Assembly (NCBI GenBank): GCA_042091155.1
Contig: JBELHZ010000006.1
Span: 9,071 to 73,070, forward strand
Length of the DNA stretch: 64,000 nucleotides
From: Gammaproteobacteria bacterium
Lineage (GTDB): Bacteria; Pseudomonadota; Gammaproteobacteria; Pseudomonadales; Azotimanducaceae
Reading direction: 5' to 3'
The notes beneath the pieces were generated by a model. That model was given only the letters and a program-made list of their open reading frames with translations. It was not told the origin of the DNA and did no database searches. Below, piece by piece: positions 1 through 8,189 of the stretch. Both the position numbers and the translations under genes were made by a program. Numbering within the stretch: the stretch's first letter is position 1; the number at the start of each line of letters is the position of its first letter.

Positions 1-626
1 AAAAACTTATAGTTACAGTCCAACTCAGTCACTCGACTGTCGATGTATTGGGTATTCGCAATATCAAAGCTGGCGATATCAGACAGTGATGCACCCATCA
101 ACTCATCGACCTTGCCTTCGATGTCGTCGCCTTTGAGCAATACAAAAATCAATCCCGCTGTTTCGTAACAGGGTAATTCAAGCAATTGGTCGTACCGAGC
201 GTCTGCCTGGGCGAATCCATCGTGACTGTTTGGGCGGGCAATAATGCGGCCATCCAAACCCCAGTTCCACGCATGAAAGGGACAAGAAAACGAAGCCTTG
301 GTTCCCTTGCCTTCTGCGAGACGCGCACCACGATGCCGGCAGGCGTTGATGTAGGCACGCGCCAAACCGCTACTATCCCGGACAAGCAGCAGGCTGGTGT
401 CAATCACCTCATGAGTCAGGTAGTCACCTTCGTTGGGAATATGCGGCGTGAGCGCCACCAATATCGGACGCTGCTTAAACAGTGCTTCGACTTCAAGCGC
501 CAGTTGGTCGTCACTGACGTAGTGCTCGGCGGGTACTTTTAGCGCGTAGGCTGAAAGGTCTGTCGTCTTATTCGCCAGATGCACTCGCAGGCGCTCAAGC
601 ATCTCACTTTGTTTGCGTGCATCCAT
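1..626 (-). CDS. Rieske [2Fe-2S] non-heme-iron oxygenase alpha subunit, N-terminal part (gene runs off the left edge)
   Basis: Own translation of the minus strand from the ATG at 626-624 gives MDARKQSEMLERL...INACRHRGARLAEGKGTKASFSCPFHAWNWGLDG, a C-x-H...C-x-x-H Rieske motif. It is not in the ORF track because no stop codon lies in the window. Paralogue of 4498..5715. Confidence 0.8.
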   Translation of the reverse strand, partial: MDARKQSEMLERLRVHLANKTTDLSAYALKVPAEHYVSDDQLALEVEALFKQRPILVALTPHIPNEGDYLTHEVIDTSLLLVRDSSGLARAYINACRHRGARLAEGKGTKASFSCPFHAWNWGLDGRIIARPNSHDGFAQADARYDQLLELPCYETAGLIFVLLKGDDIEGKVDELMGASLSDIASFDIANTQYIDSRVTELDCNYKF

Positions 627-941
627 GACATCTCCCCCTAAGAACCACCGCTGACAATCCAACCTACGCCCGCCTGAGCACTAGCGCAACGGTAACGATC
701 CAGGACTGAGATCGCGGTGTAGGACGATCTCAGCGCACAGATATGCAAAACCAGCCATTCGCGGCCCAGCGATTTCCTCAATCATCCGGAGGCCATCAAT
801 GCCCTCACTTTCCAATCCCCACTGAATGAGTAAGTAACGAGGAATTGGCGCACCCTTTTGAGCCACGCTCCTGATTCTTCTGATAGGAAAAAGATTATTA
901 TCGTCTGACGACTCTCTTGTATACTGCCCAGCGTTCAAAAA

Positions 942-1307
942 ATGGCTAAACCATCAAATTGGGAGACGGTAACCATGATGATTTTTCGCAGCTTTCTCGT
1001 GATCGTGTTCATTGCACTGTGCGCATACACCGTTGTCGTTATCGCCGGTCACGGCCTGGGATTATTCGGCGTCTTTTTCGGCGACATATCAGCCCTTGGC
1101 TGGCCCGGGCAGTTCAATGCTGACTTCCTGTCCATGCTCGCGATGTCTGCGCTGTGGGTCGCCTGGCGGAATCGCTTTTCGCCTGCCGGACTCGGACTGG
1201 CGACACTTGCGTTCTTTGGCGGCGCACCTTTTTTGTGTGTCTATCTGTTTGTTTTAAGCCTCAAGACCGACGGCGATATACGAGAAATGTTGGTGGGTGA
1301 ATACTGA
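942..1307 (+). CDS. hypothetical small integral membrane protein (about 4 TM segments)
   Basis: 121-aa ORF with strongly hydrophobic segments (FLVIVFIALCAYTVVVIAG, LGLATLAFFGGAPFLCVYLFVL). No family recognised. Confidence 0.55.
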   Translation: MAKPSNWETVTMMIFRSFLVIVFIALCAYTVVVIAGHGLGLFGVFFGDISALGWPGQFNADFLSMLAMSALWVAWRNRFSPAGLGLATLAFFGGAPFLCVYLFVLSLKTDGDIREMLVGEY

Positions 1308-1371
1308 GCCATATACGCTCAAATCGCACCCTAAGGCCCCGTCGCGTCGTCGTTTTGGATCGTTGCTCTTT

Positions 1372-1671
1372 TTATGGACTGGCGATATCAAGCGCTCGCC
1401 GGGCCTCTGCGTTCTGATCTTCTGTGCCGTTCAGTTCCCAGCCCTCCGTTAACATGCGTGTCATGAATTGCCGATTGTAAAGGAAGCAAACAATGAGCTG
1501 CCAAAGGCCAAACGTCACAATGGTAAACAGTAAGTGGAGGGCACCAATAAAGAGCTCGCCGCGGAACAGCGGCACAAACCAACCAAAAAACAGATAGGTC
1601 CAGCTAAAACCGTAAAATCCCTTTCTCATGATGCCGCTCTGGGTGTGTTTGATCGGTACTGATGTGGCCAT
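1372..1671 (-). CDS. hypothetical small membrane protein (2 TM)
   Basis: 99-aa ORF with two hydrophobic helices (WTYLFFGWFVPLF, ALHLLFTIVTFGLWQLIVCFL). No family recognised with confidence. Confidence 0.55.
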   Translation of the reverse strand: MATSVPIKHTQSGIMRKGFYGFSWTYLFFGWFVPLFRGELFIGALHLLFTIVTFGLWQLIVCFLYNRQFMTRMLTEGWELNGTEDQNAEARRALDIASP

Positions 1672-1829
1672 TTGCTCTATCCCCTACTGACGTCACCCCA
1701 TTTTAACACTTGCTGAGACTTGATCGAGACCCCGTAACAAATGATACGGAACACCAGCAATCCCTGTAACCAAGCGGTAGCTTAAGTATCCTACCCTTTT
1801 CCAAGTCAAAACCTTCAAAAGGATCGAAC

Positions 1830-2279
1830 ATGAAATTGATTGCTGTGTGTCTCTCGCTCTTTATATCCAATCTTGTCTTTGCCGGTCACCACGAAACCCA
1901 CGAAATGTCTGCGAACGTTGCCGTCGCGAAAGCGGGCTACGATGCATTCAACGCCGGTGATATGAACGCATGGCGCGCCGTTCAGGCGGATAAGACGGTT
2001 TGGACAATTCAGGTAGGCCTGCCTTACACCGGTGAGTACGTTGGCGCTGACGCCGTAGAGGCTGGCGTTTTTGGTCCGATCAGCGAAATGTGGCCGGATT
2101 TCAAAGTGGAACCCATCAAGTTTTATGAGTCAGGCAACACAGTCTTTGTTCACGGCAGAATGACCGCCGAAGGTCTGGATACCGAGTCTATCCACATGAT
2201 CAAAATCGTCGACGGCAAATACGCGTCGTTTCAGCCCTTCGACGATTCCGCTGCAATGATGAAAGCTGCCAAGCAATAA
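1830..2279 (+). CDS. secreted SnoaL/NTF2-like (ketosteroid-isomerase-fold) protein
   Basis: 149 aa. N-terminal signal peptide MKLIAVCLSLFISNLVFAG. The remainder resembles the SnoaL-like polyketide cyclase/NTF2 fold (AGYDAFNAGDMNAW...VFVHGRM...IVDGK). Confidence 0.6.
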   Translation: MKLIAVCLSLFISNLVFAGHHETHEMSANVAVAKAGYDAFNAGDMNAWRAVQADKTVWTIQVGLPYTGEYVGADAVEAGVFGPISEMWPDFKVEPIKFYESGNTVFVHGRMTAEGLDTESIHMIKIVDGKYASFQPFDDSAAMMKAAKQ

Positions 2280-2328
2280 CGCGAGTCTGGGTTGAGGGGG
2301 TGCTCGAGCGGGCTCCCCTCCACTGTCG

Positions 2329-2673
2329 TCACTCGGACTGCAGCACTATGCCGGCGTCGATCGGGTGGCTGCGCAGATGGCCCAACATATCACGCACCAC
2401 AACCGGCACGATGTCATCAGGCAGGTTGTGGCCCATATTTTCATAGACCTTAGAACTCGCACCCGTAATGGTTTCGGCCGTGTGGCGACCGTGTTCAACG
2501 GTTAACAGCTTGTCATTGGCACCGTGCAGCACCAAGGTTGGGGCAGTGATCTGGGCTACACGCTCGGTGCGATCTCCGGCATTCAAAATCGCAGTCACTT
2601 GATTGGGTAGCGCGCTGGTATAGAAGCCCACTTGCTCCAACCGAGCGGCCTCATCGTCAGAGCTTTCGTTCAT
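2329..2673 (-). pseudogene. C-terminal remnant of an alpha/beta-fold hydrolase (acid and His strands only)
   Basis: Contains ITAPTLVLHGANDKLL and VYENMGHNLPDD, typical of the last third of an alpha/beta hydrolase. There is no G-x-S-x-G nucleophile elbow and no room for one, because the GH2 stop codon lies 13 nt upstream. The track ORF start at 2787 overlaps GH2 and that extension is not hydrolase-like. Confidence 0.5.
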
Positions 2674-2686
2674 ACAACCGCCTAGC

Positions 2687-4492
2687 TCAAGGACGGCGCT
2701 CATCCCTCTTTTTTGCGGCGTTGTCGACCAAACCCGCAATTTCCTCCAGCGGAACTTTTGCACTGCGATCGAAGTACAGCAGACCATTCACTTCTTGCTG
2801 AACATCCGTCAGCTGGGTCCACACGAATCCGCTCAGCTGAGGGATTTCAGCAATTTCGGCAAGCAAGCGCTGACAAATCTGCGAAAGCTGCTCTTGGGTT
2901 TCCGGTATATCACCGTAAGCAAAATCGGGCTCCTGACCGTCTCGTTTTCCAGCATCAACAAAACCGATCCCACCGCACTCCGACAGCACCATGGGTAAGG
3001 AGCGCGGATCGGCACCGGCCAGCGCGCCCAGCCGCGGCCGCCCAATTTCTGTGACCTGAGTTTGAGGAGAATCAAACAAACCGTCGACGCAGCGCGCCAA
3101 TGCCCCGTCGCCGTGCTCGTAGGAATGCACAGCCCATATGTCGCCGGTAGAAAATTCCCAGCCGTCGTTGCCGATCACCGGACGCGTCGGGTCCAGCGAT
3201 TTTGTTAAGTGGAACAGGCCATCGGCCAAATGGCGTTGTTCAGGCCGTTCGCCCTGATGCCAGATTCCCCAGGATTCGTTGAACACCACCCAACCGACAA
3301 TGCTGGGATGACTGCGGTCTCGGATCACCGCGCGCGGCCACTGCTCGGACAGGGCTTGGCTAAGCGGAGTAGAGAAAATTCGTCCCGCGGGCATCTCAGC
3401 CCAAAGCATCAATCCAAGCCTGTCTGCCCAATACAGGTATCGCGGGTCTTCGATTTTTTGGTGCTTACGAACAAAATTAAAGCCCATGGCCTTGGTCAGC
3501 TCGACATCACGACGCAACGCCGCGTCGTCCAGAGCCGTGTACCAGCCTCCCGGAAAATAGCCTTGATCCAAAACGCCCTGTAAATATTGTGGCTCGCCGT
3601 TCAGCCAGATCGTTCCACCTTCACAACGCACCTCTCGCAATCCGGTGTAGCTCGTGAACTCATCGATCAGTTCTCCGTTATCGTTCAACACCTTGATCGA
3701 TAAGTCATACAAGACAGGGTTCTTCGGCGACCAAAGCTGGGGAGCATCAATCTCAAGGGTTACCGTGCTCTCGTTACGATTGGCAAACGCCGACTGCCCA
3801 AGAATCACGCTGTTACCATCGAGGGAGACCTCGACCTCCAAACTGCCCTGACACTGTTTCGCCAATGTCAGCGTAACTCTTAGCTCACGGGAACCCACGT
3901 CATAACGACTGAAAATACTGTGCCCGTAGTTCTCCTGCGTCGGCTCCAGCCAGACGGTCTGCCAGATGCCGATCACCGAGTCGTAATCGATTGGCCAACG
4001 GGTGTCGCCGGCCTGCTTGCCCCTTGGCTGCTGCCAAGAATCCGTATCCGCCGCGCGCACGACCAGCACGTTGCCGGTCTCTTTTAGAAAGCGGCCAACG
4101 GTGCATTGCACGGGTGTATAGCCGCCTTGATGTTGGCACACGTGGTGCCCATTGAGATACACATCGGCGCTGTAGTCGCAGGCGCCAATGTTCAGCAAGA
4201 CATCTTGGGCAGACCAATCCGGGCGATCGAATAGCCGGCGGTACCAGACACTGTTCGCTGGCTCTGCCCAGTCAACACCGCTGGCTTGAGAGCCCGGAGC
4301 ATAGGGCACCATGATGTCAGCGGACCCGTCCTCAGGCCAATGTGTTGGCAAATACCACAAGTCCGCCTGTCCAATGTCCGCGGGGTCGGGCCGAAACGCC
4401 CAGACCCCGTTCAAATTCAGCCACCGGTCGCGCCTGAGTAATGGCCGCGGATATTCCGGCCGCGGCAGAGCCTGAAGTGCGGTATCTGCCAT
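2687..4492 (-). CDS. glycoside hydrolase family 2 (beta-galactosidase/beta-glucuronidase/beta-mannosidase-like), cytoplasmic
   Basis: 601 aa with GH2-like N-terminal sugar-binding region (WYRRLF...DVYLNGHHV), acid/base motif VVFNESWG and candidate nucleophile VLSECGGIG. No signal peptide. Confidence 0.85.
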   Translation of the reverse strand: MADTALQALPRPEYPRPLLRRDRWLNLNGVWAFRPDPADIGQADLWYLPTHWPEDGSADIMVPYAPGSQASGVDWAEPANSVWYRRLFDRPDWSAQDVLLNIGACDYSADVYLNGHHVCQHQGGYTPVQCTVGRFLKETGNVLVVRAADTDSWQQPRGKQAGDTRWPIDYDSVIGIWQTVWLEPTQENYGHSIFSRYDVGSRELRVTLTLAKQCQGSLEVEVSLDGNSVILGQSAFANRNESTVTLEIDAPQLWSPKNPVLYDLSIKVLNDNGELIDEFTSYTGLREVRCEGGTIWLNGEPQYLQGVLDQGYFPGGWYTALDDAALRRDVELTKAMGFNFVRKHQKIEDPRYLYWADRLGLMLWAEMPAGRIFSTPLSQALSEQWPRAVIRDRSHPSIVGWVVFNESWGIWHQGERPEQRHLADGLFHLTKSLDPTRPVIGNDGWEFSTGDIWAVHSYEHGDGALARCVDGLFDSPQTQVTEIGRPRLGALAGADPRSLPMVLSECGGIGFVDAGKRDGQEPDFAYGDIPETQEQLSQICQRLLAEIAEIPQLSGFVWTQLTDVQQEVNGLLYFDRSAKVPLEEIAGLVDNAAKKRDERRP

Positions 4493-4497
4493 CCGAG

Positions 4498-5715
4498 CTA
4501 GAGCTTTTCCAACAACGGCTGACCCAATGCCTCGCGATAGTTGTTATGAAAATGATGCAGCGCTGGCTCGTTTCGGCCGAAGATGATCTCTTTCAACAGG
4601 CCGCTTTCTGCCGCGCGTTGCTGCATTTCGCCCATCACGTAATCCTCGTTCTCCACCGTAGATTTGAACACCTCCAAGGCATTCGAAAGGCTCGCGCGCT
4701 CCCCTTCGAAATCGTAGGCGTCTCGCTCTTTCGTCGCATCGTCATCTAAATCCAAGGCCTCTGCGGCCAGTTCAGGTGCATAGTAAAAACTGATACGCGT
4801 GACCGATCGCGACGGATCCCCCTTCACCGGATAGATTCGAATCAGCGTCGTCGACGCCCTGCTCGTGATTAGCTGCACGTTCGGAAACAGGTGATAGAGC
4901 ACAAAAGTACATTTACCAATATCCCATTCGGCCTCCGGCAACTGGCGCATGGCCTCCATGCCTCGATTGGCCGTAACGAACCGATGGTGACGCCCGAACT
5001 CTTCAAAATGTAAGTTGTTGCCATAATACAAACGACCCAATGTGTCTTTGTGCAACTTACCGAAATGATAAGTCTCGCCGAAGGTGTCGTTGGCAAACTT
5101 CCAGTTAAGCCCCTTATCGATCGTCGTCTGACCCACACTGACCTGGCGGTTCATTTCGAACGAGGGAAACTCGTCACCCAGCCCGCCCAGCAACGTCTCA
5201 AGGTCAAGACTGCCTTGGGGGTTTGGGTGAACCCAAAGCAGGCCGCTGTCTTCAGCGCAGGGTAACTCAATGAGACCTCTGCAAGTCTTGTCGACATCCC
5301 CGAAGTGATCGTTATTGGGAATGGTCATCAGCTCGCCACTGTTGGCGTAACTCCAATGATGAAACGGACAGGTAAACACGTGTTTAGTCCCCCGTTCCTC
5401 TTGTGCCACCTTGACCGAGCGATGACGGCAGGCATTTAAAAATGCATGAAACACCCCGGATTTATCACGCGTCGCCAGTATTGGCACTCCGAAGTCATCA
5501 AGAGTCAAAAAGGACCCTGGGCTAGGCAGATCTCCGGATAAGCCGATGAGCTGCGGGTGATCCATGAAAAAGTGACTCCGCTCTTGCTCGGCAATCTCAG
5601 GACAGACATAGGACTGCGTGGGCATTTTGTATTGGACACCGGCATCAACATTTCTGCCTTCATCCAATTGGCTCATCAATTCTTTGATGATCGTTACTTG
5701 AAGATCGTGATTCAT
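4498..5715 (-). CDS. Rieske [2Fe-2S] non-heme-iron oxygenase alpha subunit (phthalate-family-like, no beta subunit nearby)
   Basis: CRHRSVKV...CPFHHWSY Rieske motif and a mononuclear-iron motif NDTFGETYHFGKLH. Start trimmed to the internal ATG (MNHDLQV) at 5715. The stop lies 5 nt from the GH2 start. Confidence 0.85.
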   Translation of the reverse strand: MNHDLQVTIIKELMSQLDEGRNVDAGVQYKMPTQSYVCPEIAEQERSHFFMDHPQLIGLSGDLPSPGSFLTLDDFGVPILATRDKSGVFHAFLNACRHRSVKVAQEERGTKHVFTCPFHHWSYANSGELMTIPNNDHFGDVDKTCRGLIELPCAEDSGLLWVHPNPQGSLDLETLLGGLGDEFPSFEMNRQVSVGQTTIDKGLNWKFANDTFGETYHFGKLHKDTLGRLYYGNNLHFEEFGRHHRFVTANRGMEAMRQLPEAEWDIGKCTFVLYHLFPNVQLITSRASTTLIRIYPVKGDPSRSVTRISFYYAPELAAEALDLDDDATKERDAYDFEGERASLSNALEVFKSTVENEDYVMGEMQQRAAESGLLKEIIFGRNEPALHHFHNNYREALGQPLLEKL

Positions 5716-5980
5716 TTGGCACCTCACCAGAGAAACGTATCGTGTATTCAACAATGAAAACTCTCGCACCAGCACTTCTGGTATACGTTGAACATAGCAA
5801 ATTTGGCGAAAACTGCCACGCCCCAGCGTGTTGAGTGATGTCAACACGAATGGACCACAGACCACGACGCCATGGAAATAGCACTGTCCGCGTCCGCACT
5901 TTGGCACTCTTCTTGCTTATTTTTTTTGAAAATAATAACGATGCCGAGATTTCGACAGCGGCAACCACAGGAGGGATTCG

Positions 5981-6490
5981 ATGCTGGCCTATATTTCCGT
6001 TGGCGCGGACGTTTTGGCGTCTTTTGCGCTGGTTATTTCCGTTTTCTTTTTACTTAAGGAACTGCGTCTGACCCGAGACACCATGAGCCATGCGGACTTC
6101 GTCAGTTCCATCAACCGAAGCGCTGAAAACATGCTGCGGATTACCGAGAACGACGATCTGTTGTCAACCATTGAGAAAATCAGTGTGTATCGAAACCAAC
6201 ATAAGAGGGACAAACGCCACCTCAGGCGAATTCTTGACGGTCTGACCCCTCAAGAACGGGTGCGCTACTTCCACTTTCAACGCAATGCATGTTTGAACTG
6301 TGAGGTGTTTCTGGAAAGCACCAGTGCTGGGTATATCGATGCGGATCGATTCGCCATGGCGTTTGGCTGGTCTGACGTGGACTTTGAGATATGGAGCGTT
6401 CTAGGATTGAACATTGGCGCTCGAACCCAGCAACACTTCGATGCTGTCGCCGCCTTGGTTGAGCCTCTGCATCCTATGTCGACCGGATAA
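5981..6490 (+). CDS. hypothetical N-terminally membrane-anchored protein
   Basis: 169 aa. A strong SD (AGGAGG) lies 6 nt before the ATG. One N-terminal TM helix (VLASFALVISVFFLL) is followed by a soluble domain. No family recognised. Confidence 0.6.
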   Translation: MLAYISVGADVLASFALVISVFFLLKELRLTRDTMSHADFVSSINRSAENMLRITENDDLLSTIEKISVYRNQHKRDKRHLRRILDGLTPQERVRYFHFQRNACLNCEVFLESTSAGYIDADRFAMAFGWSDVDFEIWSVLGLNIGARTQQHFDAVAALVEPLHPMSTG

Positions 6491-6552
6491 TTCCCGGCAG
6501 GTCACCGCACGATGTACCACTCAACCATCGCGCGGAGATAACCCTAGGCTGG

Positions 6553-6843
6553 TTAGTTAATGCCTTCGCTCAGCTGCCGCTGCTGCGCGCTAGCCAGCTC
6601 TAAACCTTTCTGCTCGTAGGCGGCTGAGACGGCTTGCTTGGCTGCGCTTTGGCAAAAACGAACGGTTTCCGCTGCGCCAACAAGCAAACGATCGCCTTCG
6701 CGATTGCGGTAGCAGCTCATGGTTAGTTTCTTGACCATGGAATCCATAACCTGCTCTTGAGCGGCCTGAGTTGTTCCACCGGCCATCGCAGAAGCCGAAA
6801 ACGTTAGAGCTACGGTTGCCATCGCTGTTGATAAAAATTTCAT
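6553..6843 (-). CDS. hypothetical small secreted protein
   Basis: Start trimmed to MKFLSTAMATVALTFSASAMA (signal peptide). The mature part is about 75 aa with 2 Cys. No family recognised. Confidence 0.5.
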   Translation of the reverse strand: MKFLSTAMATVALTFSASAMAGGTTQAAQEQVMDSMVKKLTMSCYRNREGDRLLVGAAETVRFCQSAAKQAVSAAYEQKGLELASAQQRQLSEGIN

Positions 6844-7217
6844 AAATGCTGTCCTGCTTATTAGTGAGTGGGCTAACGTTACCATAGGTAACGAAAAGAG
6901 CACGGATTAAATTACTTTAAGTAACACATAGGATTGACCAAAACTTAGACAACGCCAAACAAGGTAGACTGCGGCTCGACGAAGCGCATCACGTCTACCC
7001 ATGCCCTACGAGACAGAGAGGAAGTAGCCAATGCCCGTGGCATAGCCATCCCCCCATTCTCATGCTCTAACGCTAAGATTCCCGAGGATAACCGGCGTTT
7101 TTCTGGCCACAGGAACTTTTGCACTCTAGAATCTCGGCCTTCCGGGTCCCTCCTTTGTGGGTCGGGACCGTCGAATCGCAACACACGTGGTTACTCACAC
7201 TGCCTTCTCATCAGCTA

Positions 7218-8084
7218 ATGGAGTCCGCTCTGAACCGTTTTACCTTGGTCCTGCACTGCCCCAACGTTATTGGCATCGTTTACCGAGTCTCTGAATTTTT
7301 GTTCGAACGACATGCGAACATTACCGAAAGTGCCCAATATGACGACGAAGATTCAGACCGTTTTTTTATGCGAGTCACCTTTGATCTGCCCCGGCCAACA
7401 GATACCACACAGACCCTAGCCGACGAATTCTCAACATTAGCCGCCAGCTTCGACATGCAGGCGAGCTTCCACTGTGAGAGTGAACGTCCCAGAGTTCTGA
7501 TTCTGGCGTCCCAATGGACCCACTGCTTGGCCGATTTGCTTCAGCGCTACAGTTCGGGCGAACTCAAAGTTAACATCGTGGGCATACTCTCTAACCACGC
7601 AGATCAAGCGGCTGAACTGGCGAGCCAGCACAAGGTACCTTTCGAACACCTAAAGATCGACGCATCCGGTAAGGCCGCCGCCGAACGGCGAATCCTGACG
7701 ATCATGCAAGAACAGGCCGTTGATCTGACGGTACTGGCGAGGTACATGCAGATTCTGTCCGACGACTTCTGCCAGCAGGCACCCTGCCCGGTCATCAACA
7801 TTCACCATTCATTTTTACCGAGTTTCAAAGGCGCTCGTCCCTATCACCAAGCCTTTGCCCGAGGGGTCAAAATCGTCGGGGCTACGGCCCATTACGTTAC
7901 CGCAGATCTCGACGAAGGACCGATCATCGAACAGGATGTGGCACGAGTGAACCACGCCATGGACTCCAAAGGGCTGGTCGAAATAGGCCGAGATCTGGAA
8001 AAAACCGTGCTGGCGCGGGCGGTCAAGCTGCACATTCGACACCGTGTGCTGCCCAATGGGCCCAGAACTGTGGTCTTCGCTTAA
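7218..8084 (+). CDS. purU: formyltetrahydrofolate deformylase
   Basis: N-terminal ACT-like domain (FTLVLHCPNVIGIVYRVSEFL) plus a formyl-transferase core (INIHHSFLPSFKGARPYHQA, GATAHYVTADLDEGPII). 288 aa from the internal ATG MESALNRF. Confidence 0.9.
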   Translation: MESALNRFTLVLHCPNVIGIVYRVSEFLFERHANITESAQYDDEDSDRFFMRVTFDLPRPTDTTQTLADEFSTLAASFDMQASFHCESERPRVLILASQWTHCLADLLQRYSSGELKVNIVGILSNHADQAAELASQHKVPFEHLKIDASGKAAAERRILTIMQEQAVDLTVLARYMQILSDDFCQQAPCPVINIHHSFLPSFKGARPYHQAFARGVKIVGATAHYVTADLDEGPIIEQDVARVNHAMDSKGLVEIGRDLEKTVLARAVKLHIRHRVLPNGPRTVVFA

Positions 8085-8189
8085 GCTGAAAATCCCATTG
8101 CCTGAACGGCGATAATTCAAAGTACACATTCCCCGTTGCGATGAACGACTGCTTCGCCATACTGACGCATTGTTTTAAGGGAGAAGGAT

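Noticed and set aside
681-938. 85-aa minus-strand ORF between the edge Rieske gene and the 942..1307 membrane-protein gene
   Set aside because: No family resemblance and no convincing SD. It contains a 9-bp inverted repeat (CTGAGATCG-N10-CGATCTCAG, 706-733), which looks more like a regulatory or structural element in the Rieske promoter region. Left uncalled.
5827-5848. Palindrome CGTGTTGA-N6-TCAACACG upstream of the Rieske-GH2 unit, and the 706-733 inverted repeat upstream of the paralogous Rieske gene, as possible operators
   Set aside because: My rough estimate is that 8-9-bp inverted repeats with short spacers occur several to tens of times by chance in 64 kb. The two elements share no sequence, and no regulator gene is adjacent. 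They may be real operators, but the sequence alone does not support that.
4498-5907. Longer N-terminal extensions given by the ORF track (for example 4498..5907, 7119..8084, 9074..10873, 20533..21897, 30451..31050, 32381..34264, 34961..35815, 35938..37221, 37179..38477, 45660..46460, 49581..50978, 50887..53193)
   Set aside because: The extensions are unlike the respective families, overlap neighbouring genes or promoters, and give proteins longer than family norms. Internal starts restore canonical N-termini (for example MFTGIVQ-type or MAETDFD for UvrC) and typical lengths.
6919-6931. Shared motif AAGTAACAC(A/T)ATAG upstream of the small secreted-protein gene (6919-6931) and upstream of the TonB-dependent receptor (27938-27951)
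   Set aside because: A 13-of-14 match between two sites is expected by chance hundreds of times among all position pairs in 64 kb. Even among intergenic regions alone about once or twice is expected, so it is not evidence of a common regulon.
6945-7184. 79-aa ORF and a possible ZTP/THF/glycine riboswitch in the purU upstream region
   Set aside because: The ORF is Arg/Pro-rich with no support. I compared the region by eye with the remembered ZTP (pfl) core (GGGUCGUGAC...CCGCCUGGGC) and other one-carbon riboswitch cores and found no match. A computational search is still needed.
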